A stretch of 64,000 nucleotides of DNA, from NCBI GenBank assembly GCA_021796215.1, contig JAJYOK010000010.1:10519-74518 (forward strand), given 5' to 3'. Source of the stretch: Bacteroidota bacterium (GTDB lineage: Bacteria > Bacteroidota > Ignavibacteria > UBA10030 > UBA8401). This document shows, one piece after another, positions 31,064-41,503 of the stretch. A program made the translations under genes and the position numbers. The notes under the pieces were generated by a model, which was not told the DNA's origin, did no database searches, and saw only the letters and a list, made by a program, of their open reading frames with translations. Each line of letters opens with the position of its first letter. The first letter of the stretch is position 1.

Positions 31064-33571
31064 CTACATAATTCCCTGCGGATCAATATCAATGATGATT
31101 TTTACTCCGCGGGGAATTGTTTTTTCAAGTTCTCGGCTTGTTGTTATCATGGCGGAGCGCATTCGAGACCCGTTCGGGTCGGTGCCTCGTTGAGCTTTGA
31201 CGATCAAATGCCAGCGGTACTGATTTTTAATTTTTGAAATGACTGCCGCTGACGGTCCCAGAATAATACTGTGAGAATTTTTCTTTCGCAGAAGAACCGT
31301 GAACCGTTGGATCGCCGTCTCGACATTTTTTTCATTCTCACCTTTCATTTCAACTAATGCAATGCGTACAAACGGCGGATAGAGCGCTTGTTGACGATAG
31401 TGCAATTCTTCCTGATAGAATCCGGCAAAATCGTGAGTGGCAGCATATTTCAAACTGTAATGCGTTGTTTGAAAACTTTGAATGACGACTTCGCCCCGCA
31501 GCAAGCTTCGTCCGGCACGACCTGCAACTTGCGTGAGCAGCTGAAAAGTCCGTTCAGCCGAACGAAAATCCGGAAGCGACATTTGTGTATCGGCAGAAAT
31601 AACACCGACAAGTGTCACGCGTGGAAAGTCGAGTCCTTTGGCGACCATTTGTGTGCCGAGAAGAATATCCGCTTCGCCGTGAGAAAATTTTTGCAGAAGT
31701 CTGTCGTGCGAACCTTTGCGTGTTGTCGTATCTAAATCCATGCGAAGAATTTTTGCCTCAGGGAATTGCGCCGCTAAATCTTGTTCCACGCGCTGTGTGC
31801 CGAAGCCTTGGAGTTTGAGAAGAAATCCGTGGCAGTTCGGGCATGCGTCGGGAACCGGTTTCACCGCGCCGCAATAATGACAGCGCAAATGTTTTTTTGT
31901 GAGGTGATAGGTCATCGTTACATCGCATTGTTCGCACCGCGCAACGTAACCGCATTCCATGCATTCAAGAAACGGCGCGAAGCCGCGGCGGTTTTGCAGA
32001 AGAATAATTCCTTCTTTTTTGTTCAAACGCTCGCGTATTTTTTCTTCAAGCAATTTTGATATTGAATGGAACCCGTTTTCAAAAACCTTTCTGCCGATAG
32101 TCTTTGCGCGCTCTTTCATTTCCTGATAAATACGCTCATGCTCTTCCGCCATGCTGACAATGGAGATTGAAGGAAGCGCGGCGTTGTCAATTCGTTCGGG
32201 CAATTCGAGCAGGGTATATTTTCCCGCCTGTGCGTTAAAAAAAGATTCCACAGATGGTGTTGCAGAGCCAAGCACGACAACGGCATTATTCCGGGTTCCG
32301 CGTACGATGGCAACATCGCGCGCATTGTAGCGCGGTGTCGCGTCGAATTGCTTGTACGACGCTTCATGTTCTTCATCAACTACGATGAGTCCGAGATTTT
32401 TGAGCGGTGCGAAAACTGCCGAACGCGGGCCGACAGCGATCTTGTATTTTCCTTCACGTGCAAGCCTCCACGCATCGTATCGCTCGCCAATGGACATTCT
32501 GCTGTGCATGACAATGACTTCGCTGCCGAAATGCAGCCGGAAACGGCGGACAATTTGCGGCGTAAGTGAAATTTCAGGCACGAGCACGATTGCAGTTTTT
32601 CCGCGCGCCAGCGTTTCGCCGATTGCTTCAATATAAATTTGCGTTTTTCCGCTGCCGGTGATGCCGTGAAGAAGAAAAGTTTTTTGTTCGCCCACGGCGA
32701 TCGCTTGCGAGATTTTAGCAAGCGCGTCGCGCTGGTGGCTGTTGAGCTGAACATTCTCGATTGCAATGATTGAACTGTCGTCACTGAATTCTTCTTTGCG
32801 CGGCTCTTCACGGAAAAGAATGTCGGCGAAGTTTTTCTTCACAAGCGATTTCAGTGTCGCAAGCGAAGCACCTGTTTCTTTCAGTAAGCGCTGCACCGGA
32901 TACGGCTCGTTGCCTATGTCATTCAAATGAAGGAGAAGCTTTTGCTGTTGTTTTCCTTTGACAGCAGCTTCAGCCGGAACTTCTTTTCGAACAATGAACT
33001 GCGCAAGTTTCGGTTTTGCCGTTTGTGGCGTAAGATGTTCTACAATTGTAATTATTCCTGACGCTTCGAGATCCAAGAGGATGGCAGAGATATTTTTCAC
33101 GCCGGTTTTTTTCTGAATCTGTGTAACGGAGAGAAATTTTTCGTTCAGCAGCGTTTTGATGATTTTTGTTCGCTGCGGTGCCGAACGATGTTTCTGTAAT
33201 TGCACTTCAGCGGCAGAGGAATCGAGCAATGAGACGATGCGCCTGCTTTCCAGAGAAATGCCTTGCGGAAGAAATGCTTTCAGCACTTCACCCTGCGGTG
33301 CGCAGTAATAGTCAGAAATCCAACGCGCCAAGTGCAGCAGTTCTTCTGAAACAGACGGCTGAGCATCAAGAACATCGTGGATCGGTTTCAGCGCAGTGAG
33401 CGATGATTGCGCGGGAAAGCCGACGATAATGCCGGTGAGCTTTTTCTTCCCGAAGGGAACAAGCACACGACAGCCCGGCTTTGCGGATGAAATCAGTTCT
33501 GGCGGAAGAACATACGTGAACGATTGAGAAAGAGGAAGAGGAAGAGCAACATCAACAAGTTTTTGATTCAT
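31064..33571 (-). CDS. priA: Primosomal protein N'
   Basis: GITGSGKT, VDEEHE, LGSATPS, CxxC pairs, GTQMVAKGLDFP, QVAGRAGR. Confidence 0.97.
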   Translation of the reverse strand: MNQKLVDVALPLPLSQSFTYVLPPELISSAKPGCRVLVPFGKKKLTGIIVGFPAQSSLTALKPIHDVLDAQPSVSEELLHLARWISDYYCAPQGEVLKAFLPQGISLESRRIVSLLDSSAAEVQLQKHRSAPQRTKIIKTLLNEKFLSVTQIQKKTGVKNISAILLDLEASGIITIVEHLTPQTAKPKLAQFIVRKEVPAEAAVKGKQQQKLLLHLNDIGNEPYPVQRLLKETGASLATLKSLVKKNFADILFREEPRKEEFSDDSSIIAIENVQLNSHQRDALAKISQAIAVGEQKTFLLHGITGSGKTQIYIEAIGETLARGKTAIVLVPEISLTPQIVRRFRLHFGSEVIVMHSRMSIGERYDAWRLAREGKYKIAVGPRSAVFAPLKNLGLIVVDEEHEASYKQFDATPRYNARDVAIVRGTRNNAVVVLGSATPSVESFFNAQAGKYTLLELPERIDNAALPSISIVSMAEEHERIYQEMKERAKTIGRKVFENGFHSISKLLEEKIRERLNKKEGIILLQNRRGFAPFLECMECGYVARCEQCDVTMTYHLTKKHLRCHYCGAVKPVPDACPNCHGFLLKLQGFGTQRVEQDLAAQFPEAKILRMDLDTTTRKGSHDRLLQKFSHGEADILLGTQMVAKGLDFPRVTLVGVISADTQMSLPDFRSAERTFQLLTQVAGRAGRSLLRGEVVIQSFQTTHYSLKYAATHDFAGFYQEELHYRQQALYPPFVRIALVEMKGENEKNVETAIQRFTVLLRKKNSHSIILGPSAAVISKIKNQYRWHLIVKAQRGTDPNGSRMRSAMITTSRELEKTIPRGVKIIIDIDPQGIM

Positions 33572-33607
33572 GGGAAAAAACGTTTTACCGCAATCCGAAA
33601 AATCCGG

Positions 33608-34834
33608 CTACAATTCTGACTCGATTTGACGGTAAACATCTTTAAGAGGAATATTTTTTTCGACCGCGATACGCTTGCATTCTTCGAATTCCGGCACGAG
33701 ACGTTCCGTTCCATCGGTGATCACAGTTTTTACTTTCACTTCTCCGAACCGCGTCGTTATTGTTTTCGATCCGCGCTGAAGTTTTCGTCGTTCTACCGGC
33801 TGAATGCGTACGCCGAGCGTTGTTGTTTGGGTAAAAATAATTTTCAAAGCATTATCAAGTTTTCCGCGATTCACCAATGCTGAAAGCACAATTCCCGGCC
33901 TTCCTTTTTTCATGATCACAGGAATAAGGTAGGCATCGTGTGCGCCGTTCGCAAGAAGCTGTTCAATGACAAACGGGTATACTTCAGGATTCATGTCGTC
34001 AATGTTCGTCTCAACAGAAACAAGTTCATCATGCTCATACGCTTGATGAAGTTCGCCGATAAAAACGCGCAGGAGATTCGGCACCTGGGTGAGTTCTTTT
34101 GTTCCTGCACCATAGCCGATGGATTTGACGTTAAGCATTTCGAGCGAAAGCGTTCCTGAAGACAGTGCCTTGATAATTCCTGCACCAGTCGGTGTTGTTA
34201 GCTCGTGCGGAATGTCCGTCAAAACCGTCGGGTAGCCTTGCAGTATTTCCACTGTTGCCGGGGTCGGAATTGGCATTGTTCCGTGCTGTGTGTTCACGAA
34301 ACCGCCGCTGCCGATACGGATTGGAGAGGAATATAATTTTTCGATGCCGAAATATTCAAAACAAATGCTCGCCCCGACAATGTCAACGATGGAATCCACA
34401 GCGCCAACTTCGTGAAAGTGAATCTTCTCGATTGTTGTGTTGTGAATTTTCGCTTCCGCTTCTCCGATTACCGTGAAAATTTTTTCTGCGCGGTTTTGAA
34501 CTCGAGCAGGCAGCTTTGATGCTTTGATGAGAGAAAGAATGTCTGTTAAACTTCGATGTGAATGTTCACGATGTGAGTGGCTGTGCTCTTTGTGGTGATG
34601 ATGTTCATTCGCTTCTTCGTTGTGAGAGTGGTGCTCGTTTTCAGTTTCAACATCTATTTTTACTGCAGAAATAGCACTGCGTTCAATGATGCGACTGTGC
34701 AAAGAATATCCCTGCACGCCAAGTTTTGCCAGCTCTTGTTGAAGATGTTCAAGCGGAACGCCGGCGTGGATAAATGCGCCGAGTGTCATATCGCCGCTGA
34801 TGCCCGCGAACGTGTCGAAGTATGCAATGTTCAT
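33608..34834 (-). CDS. larC: Nickel-pincer cofactor biosynthesis protein LarC
   Basis: AGISGDMTLGA, His-rich linker, HFHEVGAVDSIVDI, ETNIDD, MKKGRPG, PEFEEC. Confidence 0.93.
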   Translation of the reverse strand: MNIAYFDTFAGISGDMTLGAFIHAGVPLEHLQQELAKLGVQGYSLHSRIIERSAISAVKIDVETENEHHSHNEEANEHHHHKEHSHSHREHSHRSLTDILSLIKASKLPARVQNRAEKIFTVIGEAEAKIHNTTIEKIHFHEVGAVDSIVDIVGASICFEYFGIEKLYSSPIRIGSGGFVNTQHGTMPIPTPATVEILQGYPTVLTDIPHELTTPTGAGIIKALSSGTLSLEMLNVKSIGYGAGTKELTQVPNLLRVFIGELHQAYEHDELVSVETNIDDMNPEVYPFVIEQLLANGAHDAYLIPVIMKKGRPGIVLSALVNRGKLDNALKIIFTQTTTLGVRIQPVERRKLQRGSKTITTRFGEVKVKTVITDGTERLVPEFEECKRIAVEKNIPLKDVYRQIESEL

Positions 34835-34919
34835 AAAGTTTGAGATTTTTTGGCACTATCAGTTATGAATATAAGAATTTTTCTGAAAAGAAGACGATCG
34901 GAATAAAAAACAAAAGCGG

Positions 34920-36215
34920 TTATTTTTGCGGCGGTTCAGGATTTAAAAAAGGAGTGAGGTACGCGAGGAATCGCGGGGTGGCGCCAACGTTTTCATCAAC
35001 AAAGGCTTTCGCGTTATTGCCGGCGCACGTTCGCACTGATTCATCTTCAAGCAGTGTCCGCAGAATTCTGTAGAACTGCTTGTCATCTTCCACAACAAAA
35101 GCGGCCTTGCGTTTCGCTAACGCAATTGCTTCCTGTGAATTGTCGTGCTTCGGACCAAAAATAATGGGAAGAGAGAATACAGCAGGTTCCAGAACGTTAT
35201 GAATTCCCTGATGAAAGCTTCCGCCGACATACGCGATATGCGCATAGCGGTACAGCGGCACAAGCACTCCGACACTGTCGATTAAGATAATGCGTTCATT
35301 TCGGAATTCATTAAGATCCGAAAAGCGGATGAATGATGAATTTCCGGAAAGTTGATATTCAAGTTCTTCAAGGTGTTCAACAGTCGGTTCGTGCGGTACA
35401 AGAATCGTCAACAGCTCCGGCATGTGTTCCTGTAATTTGAAAACGACCGGCAAGATGATTTCTTCATCGGCTTCCCAGCTTTGACCCACAACAAGGATTT
35501 TTTTCCCCGCAGTGACTGAAGCCGGCAGGAGATTTTTTTTCTGCGCTTCAATACTTCGCATCATTACCTGATCGAAGCGGGTGTCGCCGATAGCAGAAAC
35601 GAGCGGAGCTGCGATACCGAAATCTGCAAACGACGCTTTGTCATTTTCCGACACAGTGAGAATGTGGGTGAAGCAGTTGTAGAGCGCATGGTGGAATTGC
35701 CGAAGCACAGGAAATTTCCGCGACGAATTTTTCTTCATGGTAGCATTGGCGATGAATGTCGGGACGGCATTCTTTTTCAATGCCCAAATAACGTTCGGCC
35801 ACGTGTCGTAGCGTACCATGATTGCGGCGGTCGGTTGGAGAATCGAGATAAATTTGTTAGTCGAACGATGTGTGTCGAACGGAAGATAGGAAATGATGTC
35901 GGCTAATTTATAATTTTTCGAGTGCTCGTATCCCGACGGTGAAAAAAACGTTGCGATGATAGAAATATCCGGATACGTTTTTTTAAGTTCAGCGATAATC
36001 GGTTTTGCTTGTTCGAATTCGCCCAGCGATGAGGCGTGAAACCACAAGCGCGTCTGCGAGGGAAGCTGTGCGGCGCGACGTTCAAGCGTTGCGAAAAGAC
36101 TTTTTCGACCGGCAATGCCGCGCCGTATTTTTTCATTGAACACGCCGGCGAGGTGGAATCCGATCCACATTACCGGCACAATAATGATGTTGTATAAAAT
36201 CTTCCAGAATATCAT
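34920..36215 (-). CDS. waaA: 3-deoxy-D-manno-octulosonic acid transferase
   Basis: WFHASSLGEF, FFSPSGY, YLPFD, GDTRFD, LVPHEP, HNVLEPA; start overlaps MOSC stop. Confidence 0.9.
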   Translation of the reverse strand: MIFWKILYNIIIVPVMWIGFHLAGVFNEKIRRGIAGRKSLFATLERRAAQLPSQTRLWFHASSLGEFEQAKPIIAELKKTYPDISIIATFFSPSGYEHSKNYKLADIISYLPFDTHRSTNKFISILQPTAAIMVRYDTWPNVIWALKKNAVPTFIANATMKKNSSRKFPVLRQFHHALYNCFTHILTVSENDKASFADFGIAAPLVSAIGDTRFDQVMMRSIEAQKKNLLPASVTAGKKILVVGQSWEADEEIILPVVFKLQEHMPELLTILVPHEPTVEHLEELEYQLSGNSSFIRFSDLNEFRNERIILIDSVGVLVPLYRYAHIAYVGGSFHQGIHNVLEPAVFSLPIIFGPKHDNSQEAIALAKRKAAFVVEDDKQFYRILRTLLEDESVRTCAGNNAKAFVDENVGATPRFLAYLTPFLNPEPPQK

Positions 36216-36667
36216 TGAACGAATATGCGGTCGCCTGTTCTGATTGTTCCACCGCTGATAACACGTGCCAACATTCCGCGTTTTCCTGCAAGCTGCTGAC
36301 GAAGTCCGCTGCGGATTTCGTCCATTCGGCTGCATGGTGAACACGGTTTTGTTATTTCCAGCACAACAGAGTCGCCGATGAGCAGGTGCTGTTTGAATTG
36401 TAATTGCATCAGTGCGATTCCCTGAGTGGTAATGTTTTCTTTGACATCGCCCGGCTTCAATTGCAATTCCTCGAGAGTTTCCTTTTCAATTAAAAGAATT
36501 TGACGGGAACTTTCCTCAATTGAGTGCGAGTCGCCGTCAAGTCCTTTGCCGGTAATCGCAGCGGCAGATGAAACAAACCTCATAGGTTTCCGGTAACCCG
36601 GACAAAGCTGGAGTGAAGCGATAATTCCCCGCCAAGGAGCGGCGAGGTTTTCAATTGAATTTGTCAT
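36212..36667 (-). CDS. MOSC domain protein
   Basis: GLDGD, RQILL, ENITTQG, PCSPC, GTIRTGD. Confidence 0.88.
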   Translation of the reverse strand: MTNSIENLAAPWRGIIASLQLCPGYRKPMRFVSSAAAITGKGLDGDSHSIEESSRQILLIEKETLEELQLKPGDVKENITTQGIALMQLQFKQHLLIGDSVVLEITKPCSPCSRMDEIRSGLRQQLAGKRGMLARVISGGTIRTGDRIFVQ

Positions 36668-36810
36668 AAGATATACGCGGTCAATATACTGATGAATTTA
36701 TTCTTCTGCAATCAGTGAAGATGAATGTTTTTGCACGCGCGAAATTGATTCTTCCAGGATTCTTCGCTATCTTTACTACTCAAATTATTAATGAAACAAG
36801 GGAAGTTTAT

Positions 36811-37785
36811 ATGAGAGCCATTATTCCGGTAGCAGGAATTGGCAGCAGACTCCGCCCGCACACATACACAATTCCGAAAGTGCTTATTAATGTCGCCGGC
36901 AAGCCGATTATCGGCCACATTATGGATAAGATAATTGCCGACGGATTCGATGCTGCGACGATTGTTGTGGGCTATTTGGGAGATAAGATTAAAGAATATA
37001 TCAATACAAATTATTCCATTCAGGTTGATTTTGTCGAACAGGAGGAACGGCTGGGATTGGGTCATGCGATTTATTTGTCGCGCCACACAATTTCGAAAGA
37101 TCCCGTTCTCATCATTTTAGGAGACACGGTATTCGATGTTGATCTTTCTGCAATGGTGCAAAACGGACACACGGTGCTTGGGGTGAAAGAAGTTGAGGAT
37201 GCGCGCCGTTTTGGAGTTGCAGAATTGAAGAACGGATTTGTCACCCGATTGATTGAAAAACCTGAAACGCCGACCAGCAATCTTGCGTTAGTCGGACTCT
37301 ATTACATCAAACGCCCTGATTTCTTGTTGGAGTGTTTGAAAGAAATGATCACGAACAACGTGCGTACGAAAAACGAATTTCAGCTTACCGACGGATTACA
37401 ATTGATGATTGATCGTGGTGAAAAAGTGACCACGCATGAAATTGACGGATGGTACGATTGCGGAAAACCGGAAACGCTTCTGGAAACGAATCGCCATTTA
37501 CTAGCCAAGCAATCTGCGCCTAAGGCGGTAAAAGGTGTTGTTATTATGCCACCGGCTTTCATTTCGCCGAGTGCGACTGTAAAAAATTCTATTATTGGTC
37601 CCTACGCCACTATTGCTGAAGGTGCTGCTGTTGTCGATTCGGTCATCAGAAATTCTATCATCAGTGAAAATGCTTCAGTGCAATCGGCGCTGCTGGAAGA
37701 TTCCATTATTGGCAACAACGCTCTTGTGAAAGGCGGATTCAAGCGTATCAACATCGGGGATTCGTCGGAGCTGGAATATTATTGA
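36811..37785 (+). CDS. Sugar-phosphate nucleotidyltransferase with C-terminal beta-helix
   Basis: IPVAGIGSRLRP, PKVL, LGLGHA, LGDT, EFQLTDG, WYDCG. Confidence 0.88.
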   Translation: MRAIIPVAGIGSRLRPHTYTIPKVLINVAGKPIIGHIMDKIIADGFDAATIVVGYLGDKIKEYINTNYSIQVDFVEQEERLGLGHAIYLSRHTISKDPVLIILGDTVFDVDLSAMVQNGHTVLGVKEVEDARRFGVAELKNGFVTRLIEKPETPTSNLALVGLYYIKRPDFLLECLKEMITNNVRTKNEFQLTDGLQLMIDRGEKVTTHEIDGWYDCGKPETLLETNRHLLAKQSAPKAVKGVVIMPPAFISPSATVKNSIIGPYATIAEGAAVVDSVIRNSIISENASVQSALLEDSIIGNNALVKGGFKRINIGDSSELEYY

Positions 37786-37865
37786 ACTATCCGATTCCAG
37801 TGATTCGCAAGCCGAATTTGAAAAAATAATTTTTCCATCGTTCATAACTAAGGAGCATTCTATTC

Positions 37866-39008
37866 ATGCGTTATCTTTTTACCTCTGAATCTGTTTCCGA
37901 AGGGCATCCCGATAAAGTGTGTGATGCGATTTCGGACGCAGTGCTGGATTCGCTGCTTACTCAGGATAAACATTCCCGCGTTGCATGTGAATCGTTTGTT
38001 ACCACCGGGCTTGCAGTTGTCGGCGGAGAAATTACCACGAAAGCGTATGTTGATATTCCAACAATTGTGCGCCAGACAATCCGTGAGATTGGTTATACAA
38101 AAGCTGAATATAAATTTGACGCGGATTCCTGCGGGGTTATTTCCAGCATTCACTCTCAGTCTCCCGATATTGCGATGGGAGTTGATACCGGCGGTGCAGG
38201 AGACCAAGGAATGATGTTCGGCTATGCGAATGATGAAACGCCGGAGTACATGCCAATGCCGATCATGTTCGCCCACCAGTTGGTGCACAAACTTTCCGAG
38301 CTTCGCAAGAAACAGCCAAAGCTTATGCCGTATCTGCGTCCCGATGCGAAATCACAAGTGACGATTGAATACGACGGCAGAATTCCCGTTCGTGTTGATG
38401 CCGTTGTTGTTTCTACCCAGCACGATGCTGAAGTTTCGCAAAAACGGATTCGTGAAGATGTGATTCACCATGTCATTAAAAAAATTATTCCAAGTCATCT
38501 TCTTGATAAAAAGACAAAATATTTCGTCAATCCTACCGGACGATTTGAAGTCGGCGGGCCGCACGGTGATACCGGTTTGACTGGAAGAAAAATTATCGTT
38601 GACACGTACGGCGGGCGGGCACCGCACGGCGGCGGCGCGTTTTCAGGAAAAGATCCATCGAAAGTTGACCGAAGCGCAGCATACGCGGCACGCCATTTGG
38701 CAAAAAATATAGTTGCGGCGGGCTTGGCGAAAGAATGCCAGATTCAGGTTGCATATGCAATCGGCGTGGCGCAGCCGGTTTCCATCAATGTAAATACATT
38801 CGACACAGGCTTCGTACCGGACGGCGCCATAGCAAAAATTTTGATGAATGAAGTTGATATGACTCCGCGCGGCATCATCAACCGTTTGAATCTTCTTCGC
38901 CCGATTTATAAAAAAACAGCAGCATACGGACATTTCGGACGTAATGAAAAAGATTTTACGTGGGAACACTTGGATTTGGTGCCCATGCTGAAAAAAGCAG
39001 TGAAATAA
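37866..39008 (+). CDS. metK: S-adenosylmethionine synthetase
   Basis: [28 protein letters not shown]; AGGAG upstream. Confidence 0.98.
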   Translation: MRYLFTSESVSEGHPDKVCDAISDAVLDSLLTQDKHSRVACESFVTTGLAVVGGEITTKAYVDIPTIVRQTIREIGYTKAEYKFDADSCGVISSIHSQSPDIAMGVDTGGAGDQGMMFGYANDETPEYMPMPIMFAHQLVHKLSELRKKQPKLMPYLRPDAKSQVTIEYDGRIPVRVDAVVVSTQHDAEVSQKRIREDVIHHVIKKIIPSHLLDKKTKYFVNPTGRFEVGGPHGDTGLTGRKIIVDTYGGRAPHGGGAFSGKDPSKVDRSAAYAARHLAKNIVAAGLAKECQIQVAYAIGVAQPVSINVNTFDTGFVPDGAIAKILMNEVDMTPRGIINRLNLLRPIYKKTAAYGHFGRNEKDFTWEHLDLVPMLKKAVK

Positions 39009-39016
39009 CCTCAAAC

Positions 39017-39080
39017 GGATAGCTGGATTAATAGATAAATGATTTTTTAGTTTTTTCAATAATCCAACAATCCACCAAGC
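39017..39080. repeat. 8-nt-periodic GGAT/ATCC degenerate inverted repeat
   Basis: GGAT 39017 and 39025, AGAT 39033; ATCC 39062 and 39070. Confidence 0.5.
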
Positions 39081-39131
39081 AAACACTTTGCAGAAAACGA
39101 AGGAATTTTTTAGAAAGGAATTTACAGTAGC

Positions 39132-40409
39132 ATGAATGAAAAGAAGGGCGTTTTTAAGGTTCGTGATTTGAAACTTGCAGAAGAAGGCCACAAACGTATC
39201 GAGTGGGCGGAATCGCGCATGCCGGTCCTGATGGCACTGAGAAAAAAATACAGCCAGACAAAACCGCTGAAAGGTTTTCGCATTGCAGGCTGCCTGCACG
39301 TGACAAAAGAAACTGCCGTGCTTGTCAAAACATTTGTTGAAGCCGGCGCACAAGTGAGTTGGAGCGGGTGTAATCCGCTGTCCACCAATGATTCTGTCGC
39401 CGCCGCTCTTGCCGATGACGGTGTTTCGATTTTTGCGTGGCATGGAATGAACGTGAAAGAATTTTATTGGTGCATTGAAGAAACACTGAAGTTCAAGCCG
39501 AATCTCACGCTTGACGACGGTGCAGATTTGATTTTCACGATTCACAACAAACATCATGAGCTCATTCCGTACATCATCGGTGGAACGGAAGAAACCACTA
39601 CCGGTGTGCATCGTCTTCGTGCAATGGCTGATGCCGGTGCGTTGAGGTACCCTGTTGTCGCGGTCAATGATGCAGAGACAAAATGGGATTTTGATAATGT
39701 GTACGGCACAGGTCAATCAACACTTGACGGTGTCATTCGCGCGACCAGCGTGCTGCTTGCCGGCAAAAATATTGTTGTCGCCGGTTTTGGCCACTGCGGG
39801 CGCGGTGTTGCAATGCGTGCAAAAGGACTCGGCGCAAACGTGATTGTAACGGAAGTGAAAGCGACAGCCGCACTCAAGGCAACACTTGAAGGCTTTCGCG
39901 TGATGACGATGGATCAAGCGGCTAAGGTCGGCGATATTTTTATTACGGCGACCGGAGTGAAAGATATTCTTATTGACCGTCATTTTAAGTCGCTGAAAGA
40001 CGGCGCAATCATCTGCAACACCGGACACTACGACTGTGAGATCAATCTTGTTCAACTGAAGAAGGTTACAAAAAGTATCCGTGAAATTCGTCCAAACAAT
40101 GAGGAATATCTCACGAAAGATGGCCGCCGGATTTATGTTCTTGCGCAAGGGCGCCTTGTAAATCTTGCCGCGGCGGAAGGTCATCCTTCGGAAGTGATGG
40201 ATATGTCGTTTGCCAATCAATTCATGTCACAGCTTCGTCTTGCGGAATTGTACAAGAAGGGGAAAAAGCTTGACAACAAAGTGCACGACATTTCTGTAGA
40301 GCAAGATCAGGAAATTGCAGGCGTGAAGCTCAGCACAATGGATATCAAAATTGATAGGCTGACACCGGAACAGAAAGTCTATATGACTGATTACAGCGCC
40401 GGAACGTAA
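39132..40409 (+). CDS. ahcY: Adenosylhomocysteinase
   Basis: AGCLHVT, GCNPLST, EETTTGV, GFGHCGRG, GHPSEVMDMSF. Confidence 0.97.
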   Translation: MNEKKGVFKVRDLKLAEEGHKRIEWAESRMPVLMALRKKYSQTKPLKGFRIAGCLHVTKETAVLVKTFVEAGAQVSWSGCNPLSTNDSVAAALADDGVSIFAWHGMNVKEFYWCIEETLKFKPNLTLDDGADLIFTIHNKHHELIPYIIGGTEETTTGVHRLRAMADAGALRYPVVAVNDAETKWDFDNVYGTGQSTLDGVIRATSVLLAGKNIVVAGFGHCGRGVAMRAKGLGANVIVTEVKATAALKATLEGFRVMTMDQAAKVGDIFITATGVKDILIDRHFKSLKDGAIICNTGHYDCEINLVQLKKVTKSIREIRPNNEEYLTKDGRRIYVLAQGRLVNLAAAEGHPSEVMDMSFANQFMSQLRLAELYKKGKKLDNKVHDISVEQDQEIAGVKLSTMDIKIDRLTPEQKVYMTDYSAGT

Positions 40410-40432
40410 TTTCATTTGTATGTTTTGACAAA

Positions 40433-40483
40433 AACAAGGTTTCGTCACGCCAACGGCGTGATTGAAACCTTGTTCTGTTTTTT
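40433..40483 (+). terminator. Intrinsic terminator after ahcY
   Basis: AACAAGGTTTC/GAAACCTTGTT outer stem, TCACGCC-aac-GGCGTGA inner stem, then CTGTTTTTT. Confidence 0.7.
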
Positions 40484-40606
40484 ACCGCCTGTGGCTCCAT
40501 GTCCCATTTGGCGGAACTTAATTGCGCACGCGAAAGTTAAATGAATGAGCGCTGAGAGCGCCATGCTGTAAAGCGGCAGAAGGATTCATCAACCGAGGAG
40601 TTTGTT

Positions 40607-41185
40607 ATGAAAATGTTTGTATTGTTTATTATAGGAATGGTTATCGGTTCGTCATTTGTCATTGCAAAGGACGATGGAAGTGAAAAGAAAAATTCGGAAA
40701 CACAATCCGTTTTCAACTTCACAATGAAGACAATAGACGGGAAAGAAAAACCTCTTTCAGATTACAAAGGCGATGTGCTGATGATCGTCAACGTAGCGTC
40801 GTTCTGCGGCTATACGCCGCAATACAAAGATTTGGAAGCAGTGTATGAGAAATATAAAGCCAAGGGATTCAAAATTCTTGCTTTCCCGGCAAACAATTTC
40901 GGTTCACAAGAACCCGGCACAAACAAAGAGATCAAAGCATTCTGCACGCGCAATTACAATGTTTCCTTTGATATGTTTTCAAAAATCAGTGTCAAAGGAG
41001 ATGATCAGGACCCGCTGTACCATTATCTGACAACCGGGACAGATTTCAAAGGCGACATTGGCTGGAATTTTACAAAATTTCTGGTTGATCGAAACGGTAA
41101 TGTCGTTGCCCGGTTTGCATCCAATGTTGTTCCAAGTTCGAAAGAGGTAACAGAAAAAATTGAAGAGCTGCTTGCAACGAAGTAA
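40607..41185 (+). CDS. Glutathione peroxidase-family protein (Cys type), exported
   Basis: VNVASFCGYTPQY, LAFPANNFGSQEPG, IGWNFTKFLV; signal peptide. Confidence 0.93.
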   Translation: MKMFVLFIIGMVIGSSFVIAKDDGSEKKNSETQSVFNFTMKTIDGKEKPLSDYKGDVLMIVNVASFCGYTPQYKDLEAVYEKYKAKGFKILAFPANNFGSQEPGTNKEIKAFCTRNYNVSFDMFSKISVKGDDQDPLYHYLTTGTDFKGDIGWNFTKFLVDRNGNVVARFASNVVPSSKEVTEKIEELLATK

Positions 41186-41205
41186 CAATCCTTGTTCGTA
41201 AGGAT

Positions 41206-41237
41206 AAAAGGGAAACCGATTCAGGTTTCCCTTTTTT
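41206..41237 (+). terminator. Intrinsic terminator after peroxidase gene
   Basis: AAAAGGGAAACC-gattca-GGTTTCCCTTTTTT. Confidence 0.8.
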
Positions 41238-41281
41238 GTTTTTAGGTTGATTTCACCAAGTTTTTGGCTATCTTTCAATAG

Positions 41282-41503
41282 ATGGATATCGATCAATTAG
41301 TCAAAAAATTAAGTCGAGGTCATTCTCCAGTATCTCTAAAAGATTTCACGAAAGTGGCTGAGCATTTTGGATATGTGCTCGACCATGTTTCGGGTAGTCA
41401 TCATGTTTTCAGAAACTGGACAGGAAAGAAATTTGTCGTGCCGGTCCATGAGAGGAGAATAAAAGCAATCTACGTACGAGTTTTCATTAAGGAGCAAACA
41501 TGA
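41282..41503 (+). CDS. hicA: HicA-family toxin
   Basis: 73 aa, basic; GYVLDHVSGSHHVFR and VVPVH signature. Confidence 0.85.
   Translation: MDIDQLVKKLSRGHSPVSLKDFTKVAEHFGYVLDHVSGSHHVFRNWTGKKFVVPVHERRIKAIYVRVFIKEQT

Noticed and set aside
37786-39131. SAM riboswitch before metK or SAH riboswitch before ahcY
   Set aside because: Spacers are short and lack recognisable SAM-I/II or SAH core motifs
40800-40815. Possible selenocysteine in the glutathione peroxidase
   Set aside because: Active-site codon is TGC (Cys); no in-frame TGA
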